The notes under the pieces were generated by a model. It did no database searches. It worked only from the letters and a program-made list of their open reading frames with translations, and was not told where the DNA came from. DNA of 63,861 bases, the filler included, from Asterionella formosa (Eukaryota), in the NCBI GenBank assembly GCA_002256025.1. It is 17 parts of 17 records of this genome, joined end to end, with 100 filler letters (N's around TTAATTAATTAA, not from the genome) between each part and the next. Parts side by side here need not be neighbours in the genome. Positions count along the whole stretch, not along the records: positions 1 to 21,319 come from NKIB01003047.1; 16 more parts are not named here. One strand, written 5' to 3'. The position numbers and the translations under genes are program-made. Below are positions 1-12,535 of this stretch, piece after piece (within the stretch, counting starts at the first letter, position 1; every line of letters starts with the position of its first letter).

Positions 1-984
1 ATACATAAGTACGATGCTATGTCAGTATTCCTGAAAAGGTTGTTGGATGCTGCACAGAAACAACGCCTTAAAAGACAAGATCAAGTTCCCCAGCACTAAA
101 CAAAGGATCATCCCACACACTTGAAGATCTCACGTATAATGGCATGAAGGGGAGTATTAGGGGTTTACTATATATAGAGGAAGATCAAAACAGCTGGATA
201 TGTTCCGATCTTGAGAATTTGAGAAAAAGGAATACGTATGGTTGCATACCACGTCAATTCGGGGATTACGTATGCACTATTTACGTATGGAATTAGTATT
301 AACCTACAGGAAGAGAGGAATGGATTGACCATTGGAGATCATTTCCATTTTTCACAGTTTATATCATAATTTTAGTTTACGTTTTACATTTTAACCTATA
401 TTATCCGGTATTGCCACTGAGAATATCGTCACTGTTTAAGACGGTTTCTGGTTAACAAGGTTAGCCAGCCCATTTTCCCTCCACTACTGAGCAACGAATC
501 CACACCATGGTACCTGGTACCTGGTACCTGGTACCATGGAGTACCGGTATGTAGGGCTAGATTGCTAAAAACTACGAGGTAGGTTGTGATCCGTGGAAGC
601 AATCGAGCCTTTTTTCCCTCGCCAGCCATGTCTATTTTACTCGAGGCCATCAGCCAGACAACGCGCAAAAACATTCGGCACGACGAGGGAAACAGTATCC
701 ATACATGAATATTCATACATGAAGTAGACTACTGTACATACAGATGGAGAATAAATAGAAATGATCACATTTTTAATGTACCAGGTAATACATACCTTAT
801 TGTAGCACAGTATATATGATATGTCACATAGTCAATATTGAACACCCCAGCAGCCCATCATCCATTTTCGATCAGCATTTCTCTTTTCTTCTACCATATG
901 GAAGTTGTCCTTGGTAAAAATACCATATCAAGTGCGAATTCGCTCCTAGCTTTGGATAGGAAAGTGTAGTCGCCTTTACTTGCA

Positions 985-1913
985 ATGACGGAAACTGGAG
1001 TGGGAGTCAACCGACCAACCGAGAAACACAGTCGAGGGAGCAACAACCCTCACCGCGGTCCATCCCATTTCCAATCCAGAGGTAAAAGGCCACGACGAGA
1101 GAATGCGCCAAAGATTATTGCTCCCCCAATCAGGCCTAAATGTTTTGTATGCCAAAAAGAAGAGCCAAAGTGAGTACGATGTGTATTTATGTTATACATC
1201 TGTTAGTGGAGTTGAGGCTTTTGCCGTTCCTTGTTGACTGATTTGTTCAACTTTCGACTTTCTTTCTCAGGTATAAGTGTCCCAAATGCAGAGCGCCCTA
1301 TTGCAGCATGGAGTGCTGTCGAAAGCATAAAGAAGTGCCATGTGAACCTCAACAGATCAAAACTGAAGTTTTAAAGAGCAAGTACCTTCCTTCTGACTTG
1401 CTACTAAACGACCCCAATCAGAATGCACTCCATCGACGGAAACAACTGGATGACACTGATGACTTGGAAGATGGATGGAAGATTACACGTGACATGATGG
1501 ATTCCATTAATCAGTCGAGTTGGCTGAGACATGAGTTGGAGGATGGAGGCTTACGTCAAATGATGTACGAGATCGATTCCGCGTCGAACACTGTAACTCA
1601 ATCTGGAAAAACGCATCAAGAAGAGGCCCTTGATCGGTACAAGCAAAAGTATCCAAACTTTCGTGGCTTTGTTGATAAGCTCTTAGTCACTGCTGGTATA
1701 TTGGAACGGCAGGATGTATCAGAGGAATTAGCGATTTGGCTGAAACGGAAAGAGGACGATTTGGGGCCTTTGGCATTGAAGCCCATACCTCGACGTTGTG
1801 AACCAATCCAACTGCCTCCAATGCAAAACCATGATGATTCGAGTTCTGAAGATAGTAGCGAAAGTGATGAAGACAGCAGTAGTAGTGAAAATTCGGAAAG
1901 CGAATCTAGCTAG
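985..1913 (+). CDS. ZNHIT3: Zinc finger HIT domain protein (ZNHIT3/Hit1-like box C/D snoRNP assembly factor); exons 985-1169, 1271-1913
   Basis: Removing GT-AG intron 1170-1270 fuses two ORFs in frame to give [31 protein letters not shown], a zf-HIT signature. The C-terminal LEDGGLRQMMYEID...FRGFVDKLL resembles the Hit1 C-domain. Confidence 0.85.
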
Positions 1914-2319
1914 CTATTGGAAAGTGAAGTTTGATTTTCTCTCGGCACGCTGAAGACTTCGCATTTTGTGTTCATCTACTCTCTTTCTGTCAAGAAACGA
2001 TGGTCCGAAAATGGGAAGTCATACGTAAAACCAAAAGCGTTGGGGTCTATTATTTATTTAACTATTCACACTTTCGCGGTTGCTTATCTGCTCGGACTAC
2101 AGCGCAATTTTATTCTTCTGTATAAGCTGATATGAAATGCAATTTGACCCCCTGATGAATGTTTGTGTCATGGATTCATTCTTCTCTCGGGAAATCCAAC
2201 TCTCGATGATGCAATTGTGTATTGTTTTTATTCCAAGGGGCCCACTAGACCAGCATTTGCTAATTGTAACATATCTAATTCGTCAAGCACTATGACTCGC
2301 AGTATCTACGTACTGATGC

Positions 2320-5303
2320 CTAATCTAGCTCGGGGTCATTGTCAACCGCCGAAAACTCTATGCTTTGACCTTCATTTCTGCCTCTCAGACGCGCCATGAA
2401 TCGAAACAGGTCCCCCCGAATAGCCAATCCGATTAGGAGTGAAGCGAACACGCCAACAGAGAGACCAAGTATAGTGGCGAGAGACGAAGGACCAACTCCT
2501 TGTGAGGGTTGACCAGAATCGAAGACGTTGCGGCAAACACTTGTCATCATCCAACATTTTCCGTTGCCTACGTTCAACGCTGCTCTCTCGATGCAATTGA
2601 CATAGTCCCATCCCCTTTTTCGTATAAATCAATGTCAGATAGGCAGGGATGAAGAAAGACCCATTATTGAACCTGAACTTACCATCCTTCGTTGCCATTT
2701 GTCGTAAACAAAGAAGGAGTCCCGGCATCCCTACATCTACTCCAGCACATAGTTGGTTCCATGCCAAGCACTTGTCCGCAACTACTGCGCGCCCAAATAT
2801 CACATGCAGCCTCACATGCCCCAATATAGTCATCACCAGTGATAACTGTCACTGGGCCTGAACACAAGTCTTTCGATTGTGGGTCTAAGCGGCAATCTAC
2901 TTGTGCACCGACACCAACTCTGAAAACCATTCCATTCTGAACTATTGAATGCGTGTCGTCGTGCGGACCTATATATCTCATATCTGGATCTTTCATCGAC
3001 AGTGAAATGCTCACAAGCTTCCGCTCGCCCGCTCCAAGATGAATTTTTTCATAGGCTCGCAATCGCTTGTATTCTGGTGTGGTATGCCGGCTATCATCAA
3101 AAGTGAAAAACATTACAGTCTCGTCGGCATCGACTGTTCCTGCATTTTTGACCATGACGGAGACAGTGATTCCTTTGTCTTCGCTTCCCCTGGAGACACC
3201 ACGACGTTGTCCTTCGGCGGTATAGTGAATTTGAGAGTCGCTTAGTGTCAACTCTGAATATTCAAATGCTGTGAAACTCAAGCCATGACCGAACGGCCAT
3301 TGAACCTCGCAAGGGACGTATTCAAAATGAGGCAACGTACCGTCGCCCTTTGTACATTGATCAGACACTACATGAAAGTATGGAACACCGCCTTGGTCCT
3401 CGTACTTTGGATATGTCAATGGCAACCGACCACTTGGATTGATTGTTCCCATGAAAATATCGACAACAGCTTGGCCAGCGTCAGGGCCAGGAAGAAAACC
3501 AAGCAAAATCGCATCAGCGTGATTCACAATGGGTTCCAATAGTCTTGGTCGACCGCCAAAATAAATCACAATTATTTTTGCATTCGTTCCAACGCTAAGT
3601 GCTTGAACGAGCTCATATTGTCCAGTAGGCAGTGAAAGTGATTCGATATCTCCAGGCTTTTCCGCGTAGTTTTCTTCTCCGATACAGACAATAACATAGT
3701 CTGATTGCTTAGCTTGAGCGACAGTGCGGTCTATCGACGCCGTTTCCTCGCTTCCCTTAACCCAATCTAAGGCCTTGGATACAAGGCTTCCTTCAGGCGA
3801 GACTACATCTGAGCAATCATTTCCGAGAATATCAACGCCACAACTGCTAGAAACTGTCCATCCTCCAATTAGATTTGCCGCCTCCAACACGGTATAACCG
3901 TAAGTAAACCATTCGTCGTCGGCTTGTGCGCCTTGCCACTGCCAGGTCCATCCTCCAGACTGGTAGCGAAGTGAATTGCTTGTTGGTCCCGTCACATGGA
4001 CCCTTTTACTGCCTAACATCGGTAGCACCTTGTTCTTGTTCTCTACCATGATAATGCTCTGATATGCCATGTCAAGTGCTTGTTTTCTGTCATTTTCGCT
4101 TCCAATCTTTGCAATATTAGGATCGTTCATTGTCAAAGTTTCTTCCTCCATGCCAAGACCTTGTTTTAAAAGAAGAACCCGCTGTACACTTTGGTCGATG
4201 CGTGCCATGTTCAATGTTTTCTCGTTGATTCCCTTCTGAATAGCTTCACGGTATTCATCTGCATCCCAGGGAATCATAGACATATCGATGCTTCCTTCTT
4301 GCAAAGCGTAAATTATAGCACCCTCGTTCGAGTCGACAATGTGATGCCAATTCTTGAGATTCAAAATCTCTTGATAATCCGTCACAACAACCCCATTAAA
4401 TTCCAATCTCTCTCTCAATAGAATTTCGAGAGTCTGGAAGTTGGCCACATTTGGAACACCATCAAAATCTGTGTATGCCTCCATGACTGTTTTTGCTTCT
4501 CGCAACGCCTCCCTCCACGGTGGTACAAAATATTGGTACAAGTGTCGGTTCGGTATCCAAGACGGGGTTCTATCATGTCCATTGTGTGGCATTGAATATC
4601 CAATAAAGTGTTTGGCGCAGGCAGCAGCTTGGGCTGGAACGCCCCCGCCAGTGTCCTGTTCTTGTATCCCTTGTATCATGGCCAATCCCATGTCCCCAAC
4701 AAGCTTTGGATCTTCTCCGAATGTTTCGTACACGCGAGACCAACTCGATGAAAGCGAAATGCCGAGTAGCGGCGAGAACAGCCAGTTGATCCCCGCTGCG
4801 CGAGTGTCACGACTCGCCATTTTTCCAGCTAGCGTAGCTACAGTTTTGTTAAAGGTTGCCCCAATGTTGATAGCTTGAGGCGTCAAAATTGCGCCATGTA
4901 TATAGTTGGCTCCATGCACGCTGTCAAGACCCCAAATCACAGGCGGGCGCCCGTGATCGCGAGCGATCTGCTGAATGTCAACCATGACTTGGCGAAACTG
5001 AGAAGCAGTCCAGCGATCACCAGGAACGTTGTTGAGCAAAGATCCAATGCCGAGTTCTCCAAAGTAATGCTCGAGTTTATCCTGTGAAACAGGCAAACAA
5101 ATATGAGTGTACGCTCAAGGCTAAACGAGTTCCAATCAACGAGCAGACGTGTGACATGAGGAACCCACATGGTCGACAATCTTGTGCCCTGGATTTTGTG
5201 GGTCGTCTTGTACCAAAAGCCCGAGTTCTACTTGGCTCATTTGACCGATCTTGTCTGACAACGACATGGTCGCAAGAGTCTCCTTGACGATCTTCAGCAC
5301 CAT
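2320..5303 (-). CDS. Glycoside hydrolase family 3 beta-glucosidase/exo-beta-glucanase with C-terminal Cys-rich region and transmembrane anchor; introns 5082-5168 and 2615-2682; start codon uncertain
   Basis: GH3 motifs MSLSDKIGQMSQ, GLDSVHG, WSRVYETFGEDP, ACAKHFIGY, VVVTDY (nucleophile), GEENYAE, PSGRLPLTYP, WPFGHGLS and an Fn3-like tail. Both introns are GT-AG and restore frame (KIVDH|DKLEH; NEGW|GWDYVNC). The last exon encodes hydrophobic ILGLSVGVFASLLIGLAI. Confidence 0.93.
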
Positions 5304-5540
5304 CGTCAAATAGCCGCAGAAAACAAGAAACTGACAATAACGCAACCTCTAAAAAATTACTTCTCGATTTTTATACCGTAGAGTACAGTCTCATGGAACC
5401 CTCGTTCAGCTGTTTCGTTTCTCATCGTGCCCCTCTCTTATGATGATGATCATGGGGGATAAGTCGCTCTATCTACTGCCTACATACTGATTTCTTTACA
5501 TTCTCGTAGTCAAAACCGTCTTTTGATGCAACGGACTGGT

Positions 5541-5581
<41 letters not shown>

Positions 5582-5633
5582 CGGGGGGGGGGGGGGGGGG
5601 GGGGGGGCGGGGGGGGCGGGGGGNNNNNNNNNN
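5541..5633. other. Poly-G run plus 10-N gap: sequencing/assembly artefact
   Basis: ~80 nt of near-pure G. The sequence before it (aaccgtcttttgatgcaacggactggt) reappears error-laden after the gap (aaccggcttttgatgccccggcccggt). Confidence 0.8.
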
Positions 5634-5719
5634 AACCGGCTTTTGATGCCCCGGCCCGGTACCCCCCCCCCCCTGGTACTGGTACTGGTACTGTGATAGA
5701 TCGCGTCCGCCATCGTGTC

Positions 5720-7400
5720 GACACCCGCCAACCAACATCGTCTATCTAGTCTTGTTCTTGCCTGATTTCTCATGTAATTCTTAACAAGACATTTCACAGT
5801 TTCCTTGATTTCGTCAATATGATTTTTCTTGCTTTGATAAAAAGTAAGCATATTGATTAGACAATAATTAAACATTGCATATTCATTTGACAATACTAAG
5901 TGAGCATTTTAGTCATTTATCGATAAGAAAGCATCTCAATGCATTTGTCAATAAGTGTTGCGTGTTTTGGATTCTTATCACTAATAAAATTGATCCTCGA
6001 CTCGTTGGGTTCCATATATTTTATCACACCTGCTCAATATTTTTCTCCAATGTTGCAATATGCACTTCAGCATTGAAATGAAACAAAAGACTCACCAAAT
6101 GTGATGGTTCAAGTCGGTCACTGGTTGTTGCTATCATTACTACCGTGCTAGTATTTCTTTAATTTTATTAAAAAATTAACTCTACAATCAACCTTGTTTT
6201 GCTAAATCCGCAGCCTTTGGAGAATTAGATTGGAGGAACTGGGAATGGAGGCTGTGAAAGTGTCTCTGTTGCCATCGCAATGATTCAGAAAGCATGTGAT
6301 GATTGGCTTGATTAATTTTATATCAAATAGTTGCTTCCTCTCAGTCACATCTGAGTGGAGGAGACGCTCCATTTTGCTCGCAGCAAAAATATTCAAGATC
6401 ACGTCAAGCTTCTAAAGAGAATCTTTTTTTGGCAACCTGAAAAATCTCATCAAATTCAATGGACCCACTTTTTCGGTTTTTCTTTGGTGTTGTTAGGATC
6501 ATAGTAGTAGCATCTGTTATTCCAATTGTAGTGACATTGTTAGAAGAACCATTTTCCATTGAATCTTCTTGATGCATTGTAGTAGCAGTAATAGCATCAT
6601 TAGAATACATCCGATTTTCTTCATTCTTCATAACTTGTGCCTGTACCACAATGTTGATTAGGCCGCGTAATTTTTCTGCACGAGAGTTGGCTTCATGCAG
6701 GATTGTTACCAGATCTAAGTAGAGCAGGATGACCTTGTGGGTACTGGTGCTTCCCTTATACCATTCATCAAAGAGCATATCACGGCAATCTTGACAAGCC
6801 TCTATGTAGTGACCATTTTGATTGTGAGCCTTATGAATGCACCATACTGTAGTATGAAATCCCTTATGCTTTTCAGAGGCATCGCAATCCCCACAACATT
6901 TTATAAGGTGCCCAGTGACATCAACCACTTCCTTTCCAGCAAGATCCACTAATGTCATACTAGATGCATTTTATTTCCACCATACATACATTACAAGGGA
7001 TTCTACCTTCATGGATGGACAGTTTGCAGGACATTTGTCCCTAAGCATCAACAGTGACTCCTAATTAACAATCAACTTGAAGAATTTTGTAAGACCACAA
7101 AAGTGAACCTCATAGCTTATCTCTGTACCATATTGGAGTGCACTTGAACAGTCAATTTAGCCAAACATCGGTCAACAGATATCTTTTTCAATTTGTCCAA
7201 AGCATTCAGAATTCCTTGGGCTACCTTATCTTCAACATCTGCTGGTATACTATCCTTGGCATGCATGCAATACATCCCGAGGTGGATTGGCAAGCTTTTT
7301 ATCTTCACCATGTATATTCTTCTTTCTCATTCTGACAATTCAAGTAAATGGATGCAAAATTGGCAAGTTAAGTGAACAAATTATTCAACAAATATTGGTG
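5720..7400 (-). pseudogene. Degenerate coding relic of unknown (probably transposon-borne) gene
   Basis: Chain of short minus-strand ORFs (6202-6402, 6404-6958 with Cys/His clusters, 7117-7311) in CpG-poor, AT-rich DNA. No family recognised. Confidence 0.3.
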
Positions 7401-8355
7401 GGCTGTAATTTTGAGAATCACATGTATTCCTATATGCTTATAAATATTAACATGCCAGCACGGATTCGATATAGTCTGGTGCAATTCAGGCTACCAGGTA
7501 CTGTAAGTATAGTGGTGCAATTGTGGTGCAAATGCCAATGGGCAGTTGAATTTACTAATTGTTTTTACTGTTTCATCCCGTTTTGGGAAAAGTCCCGGTA
7601 CCTGGTAGGCTTATGTCTGATAAAAGGATACGCACGAACAAAAGCAATTGAGCGTGGCTGTGTCAACCGGCGAGAATTGAAACTGCCTACCGATAGTACC
7701 ATAGGTAAGACTACATAGTACCTTGTACCTGGTACCAGGTGCAACCGTACCGGTACTCCTACATAGTACCGGTAATTGAAACGAAGAATAATTATTCCTA
7801 TGTTTAACATAGTGTACATGATGCATTTGATTCCTTAATCGTACCGGTGGAATCGTAGGAACTACAAGACTTGGTTTTTGAAATCCCAGGTCCACTACTA
7901 CCTCTAACAGTAAAAACTGCATGCTCCTGATGGTACTTACAAACTATTTGCCGGTACGCTGGTTGTAACGGTTGTTTGTACGTAGGTGCTGAAGTATCAT
8001 CTATTCACGTGCACCGGGTGGATATGAAGCAATACAAAAGTACCGGTAAGAATCTCTACTGGAAGATATATGTGTATATAGTGATCAAGTATGATACTCC
8101 TCATTCATGAAGTCTCATTTCAACAAGGTTGAAGATACTAATGATCGATTACATAATGTAATATTAACCTTCAGCTCTGAAGGTCATTTAAGAAAGTGAA
8201 ATATTGATCTATAGCCCTTCGAGTCTACTATGCGTAATAGAATTTCATTACACATGATTTCTGTCTTGGGAAGGCGAAATCAAATCCTTCCAATGATTCC
8301 TGTGAACATGTAGAATTGAAAAAGTGTATTAGGCTTCGCACGTAGATCAAATGAT

Positions 8356-8368
8356 TGACGTCACCAAT
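8356..8368 (+). promoter_or_regulatory. Candidate CRE-type bZIP site (TGACGTCA) abutting CCAAT
   Basis: Perfect palindrome TGACGTCA followed directly by CCAAT, ~240 bp upstream of the ATG at 8599, with a TA-rich box near 8413-8423. Confidence 0.35.
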
Positions 8369-8598
8369 TTGATCCAGATGGGTCGTTTTGGCGCTTCTGT
8401 GATTGCTTGGATTTATATATATATCCCTCTTTGAATTATATTAATGAAAACGAGGCAGCCTTTCGACAAAATATACAATTTGAGATTTCTCGTGAGCCGA
8501 TAAATATAATTCACAATTTGCAATTCAGTGGCCAACCGGTATATACCTTATTAATAAAATTATCGTGCACCTTCTATTTTTATAACTCTCTTGGAACC

Positions 8599-10038
8599 AT
8601 GAACTTTGTCGATACATCGCAACGGCATGCAGTGCTTATCTTCGATTGGGACGATACTATTTGCCCTTCGTCTTTTGTGGATCAGAGGAATATCGAACAT
8701 TTCAAAGATTTGCCCCTTCACGTGAGTTATATTTCGAATGTTCTTTATAGAATGAACACTCTGAAAGGCTGGGATACAGTCTCATCGTACGATTTAAGTA
8801 CGGTAAACGACACTTATTGGGATGAAAGATAAGAATCTGAAAGCGCATTTCTTACACTTTTCCATAATTTTCGTTAATTGACATATAAACAGTTCCAGAA
8901 TTTATTCAACGAGGTCGGACGTGCAGCAAAGAAATGCCTTGAAACTGCATCCAAGTATGGAGAGGTACGTCCAGCTCCTCTTTCCTCTGATCAATAGACG
9001 AACTCATATACTTGCCTTTTTGAACCGGCCTCGTAATAACTTCTCGGCCTGTCATCAAAAATTATCTTTGTGTTATTCGGTATGTCATTCCGAACGTTTC
9101 GACGGTTAAGGCGACCAATTTTGTTTGATTTTTATGCGCTGAATCCAAATGCGTTGACATACACATATTCATTATGTATATATTCGGTTTTTTTTTACTT
9201 ACGGACGCAGGCTGAGAAATTCCGTTCACGCGATGAAAGAGGGGCCGCCAAATTTTTAACCGAACCCTTGCTTGTAGAATGAAACCAATTTGTAGTTTTC
9301 TTTTTGCACCAAATGGCATGACGCGTAACTTGCCATTGCTGACACTCGCTTTATTGTATACAGGTCATCATAATCACCAACTCGGACGAGGGATGGGTTA
9401 AGTTCTCAGCGGAGCGCTTTGTTCCTTACTTGATTCCTGTGATTGCAAAGTACCGCATCATTTCCGCCCGGACTCGATATGAGCGCTTCTATCCCAATCA
9501 GCCCCTTTGCTGGAAGGCTGCTGCCTTTGCGCATGAAGTTAATGAGATTTACGAAGACAGTACTGGCGTTGACGTCAGTCGCAAAGTCGAGATTGATTTA
9601 GCTAATGACTCGGTCGAGAGTATGGAGTCAACGGACGTATCGTCAGAGACTTCTTCATTGTCAGAAGGGGCATTACGACGCGAAATCATTTCTTTCGGTG
9701 ACTCTATGGAAGAGCGTACCGCTGTCAAAATTGTATCTGGTCAGCTAAGTGCAATCGCCAAGAGTGTGATGTTCATCTCAGGTCCATCCCCACTTCAGAT
9801 CATCGGTCAGCTAAACATGGTAACTAGCCATATGAAGTTTGTTTGTGAACACGATGCGAGTTTGGATTTGGAGATATCACCATCCCAGGCACAACGATGT
9901 GCCGAAACTTATTTGGAACGTAACAAAATTTTAGCGGATCACTTTGAGCAGCCTAAAATATCAAGACGAAATAAGGGATCGATACCCAAAGATCCACATT
10001 CCGTTATGGTCATGGGGGAGCATCATCGACACGAGTAA
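8599..10038 (+). CDS. Uncharacterised HAD-superfamily protein (FDWDDT type); exons 8599-8721, 8893-8964, 9364-10038
   Basis: HAD motif I VLIFDWDDTI, motif II IIITNS, WK lysine and motif IV ISFGDS. Two phase-0 GT-AG introns (8722-8892, 8965-9363) give one continuous frame. Confidence 0.85.
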
Positions 10039-10362
10039 ATATTACAGAGCTTGAGGGGGTCCTCATTATGTGTGTTATTCTTGCGAGGCTTATCGTTGAT
10101 GCGATTGTATTAATCTTATTATTCCTGGCGCTCATACCGTAACTTTTATTATTTATTTCCCAATCTGGGACACTCATAAACCGTAGAGATCGCCTTATTT
10201 CAAGGAATTTATTTTGTTTGACTAATGAGGTGCGCTAATATGGAATGTCTCCAAGTTCCCTTGGTACGGCCTACCGCCATGAACAATTGATCTTGGCCAA
10301 CTCTATCTTAGCACGCTCTGCGTTTCTCGTAATTATCTACATTTGTACATCAATAGAAACGC

Positions 10363-11856
10363 CTACACCTCGCCCGACAATAGTGGTTGCGTCAACTCGT
10401 TCGACGACTCCGACGGTGGCTCCTCCAACATTGACACTTCTTCAGCGTCGTCCGCAAAGTCTGCGTATCGATACAACACCAACCCCGCCATAATGACAAG
10501 CAACCCCAAAATGTCCGATACGTGAAATGTTGCTGCCTGTGGTAGCACACTGAATGCCAAATTTCCAATTGGCACCATGACCGTGAGTGCCAGATAGAGT
10601 AAAGATGCCGATCCATGTTTCAAGACATACATCATGCAGAGGGTCATGCAAACGTTGAATAGCAGGCTCAAATTTACCAACAAACCAGCTTGGTCGTGGC
10701 AATGCTCGTCGGGGTGACAACCAGTTTTCATGGTGCCTTTGCCTAAGAAACATTTGAACCCGTCCCAAATATTCTCTGGGACATTATTTGGTGCAACGGC
10801 GGGATATGACGCAAGTCCAGCAGGGACGGCGAGTAGCAAAGAAAAAAAGAATTGGAAAACAGCGACCCATCCATTGAGGTAAATGGGATCAATTTCTTCT
10901 CCGAGTGCAATCTCCTTGTAAATACTCGATATGGTCATGGGAATACAAGAAACAATCATGACAAGGGACCAAATAACGACAAGCCATTTGTCTCCTGATG
11001 AAGTTGCCGTCACCCATTGACAAACGGGTTGACCTTCATCGTCGTCCGTTGAGTTTTGAAATGTGTTTTGCAGATACGCTTCAAAATCCAGAAGGTTTAA
11101 TACCGGGTTGTTATCAAGCCGGTGCGAGAGACAGCTACTTTCGTCCAATTCAACTTGACATACAGTACAGTCGTTCTGCACGTTGATCGCTTGACAAACA
11201 TAGTCAGGGTTGTGTCTACCAGTCATGACAGGCTCTAGAACCACCACAATGCCCATCACTACGACCACAGCGCCTATATATTGAAGCGCCCTATACTTCG
11301 ATCCCAAGATGTACCTCGATAGGAACATACTCATCGGGATGGCTGCTTGTGGTAACAGTACAAGAAGAGTCCCGGGAAGGTACACGGCACAAAAGGTCTG
11401 CATCATACTGGTCATGCAGTCGAGTGCTCCCATGATAGCAAAGGGTCGTTTTGGGAGGGCGAGTTGTTCTGGAGTAATGGCGGTCCCAAATCTAGTCATT
11501 GGCCAAACGTAGCCGAAGCAGAGTGGAATGTACAGAAGAGTGCCCCACAGATTGAGAAAATTGGGATAATTATACATCGGGATGGCAGCGAGCTTGTTCA
11601 AGACAGTATTTCCTGATCCAAAGATGACAAGAAGTACAAAAACGAGCATAAGTTTGGCATCGCCGGATTGTTTCGCAGTGTCTTCTTGCGTTGAGGACAA
11701 GGGAAACGAGGAGTGATCAGTCGCACTTGTACAATCCAGGCTTGTGACGACAGGCTCTTCGTATTCCAGTTGTGAATGGAGCTCTTGAAAGCTGCATTCC
11801 CCTTCGCTCTCCGCCATGCTAATCCCTCGCTTTCTCTGCATGCTCCGACTCGTCAT
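10363..11856 (-). CDS. CRT-like (chloroquine resistance transporter-like/CLT) drug-metabolite transporter
   Basis: 497-aa ORF with ~10 TM helices. Motifs KLAAIPMYNYPNFL, FAIMGALD, LLPQAAIPMSM, SSIYKEIAL, NGWVAVFQ, GFKCFLG and KHGSASLL are typical of the CRT-like family. Confidence 0.88.
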   Translation of the reverse strand: MTSRSMQRKRGISMAESEGECSFQELHSQLEYEEPVVTSLDCTSATDHSSFPLSSTQEDTAKQSGDAKLMLVFVLLVIFGSGNTVLNKLAAIPMYNYPNFLNLWGTLLYIPLCFGYVWPMTRFGTAITPEQLALPKRPFAIMGALDCMTSMMQTFCAVYLPGTLLVLLPQAAIPMSMFLSRYILGSKYRALQYIGAVVVVMGIVVVLEPVMTGRHNPDYVCQAINVQNDCTVCQVELDESSCLSHRLDNNPVLNLLDFEAYLQNTFQNSTDDDEGQPVCQWVTATSSGDKWLVVIWSLVMIVSCIPMTISSIYKEIALGEEIDPIYLNGWVAVFQFFFSLLLAVPAGLASYPAVAPNNVPENIWDGFKCFLGKGTMKTGCHPDEHCHDQAGLLVNLSLLFNVCMTLCMMYVLKHGSASLLYLALTVMVPIGNLAFSVLPQAATFHVSDILGLLVIMAGLVLYRYADFADDAEEVSMLEEPPSESSNELTQPLLSGEV

Positions 11857-12535
11857 GGTGTTCTTCGCTCTCTGAATTGAACTGAGAATGTATCAATTGC
11901 ATTCAATGTAACAAAGGCACAGCTATGTATGATACAGCTATCACTGGAAGCGAATAATTATATACCAGTACTCTTTGCACAACATGCTCCATATATTTCA
12001 TATTTACTTGAAAAAATATTACGGTAGTCAAACATATTACGGGTACAGTACGCGACCTGATACCGATGTCGTCATCGTCGTGGGATCGTTCTTGTTCGTG
12101 AGTTTTGTTCTGTTCTGACATGCTGACTTACAGAACGTTTGGTAACCCGGAGCATTCAACTTTTGTCATCAGCCCCACCACATACGTAACGTGATGTATC
12201 CTATCATCATAAGGTCGCAAGGTATGAATGTCCATACTTGACACATACTGTGGTACCGGTATTCATAAATATTTACCGGCCTGTCACTCCACGTACCAGG
12301 TACCAGTAGGTACTCTTCTACCAAAAAGGTGAGGTGTCATCTTGCCGGTGAAGTCCAAAATGAAATCATCTGGGGGCAAATCATAACATCGCGTTCATGG
12401 TGTACTGCTCAAATTCTCTACGTATCGTTCTGATCACTAACCGTTATCATATTATTGTATTGTCCTCGCTGCTGCACTCCGACTCCAGGGAACGATCTAT
12501 TTGTCCATTCCAGCATCAACTAGCAAAGAAGGAGA

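Noticed and set aside
5473..5893. Polyproline ORFs / G-quadruplex
   Set aside because: Derived from the poly-G run at a gap, with duplicated error-rich flanks; typical base-calling artefact.
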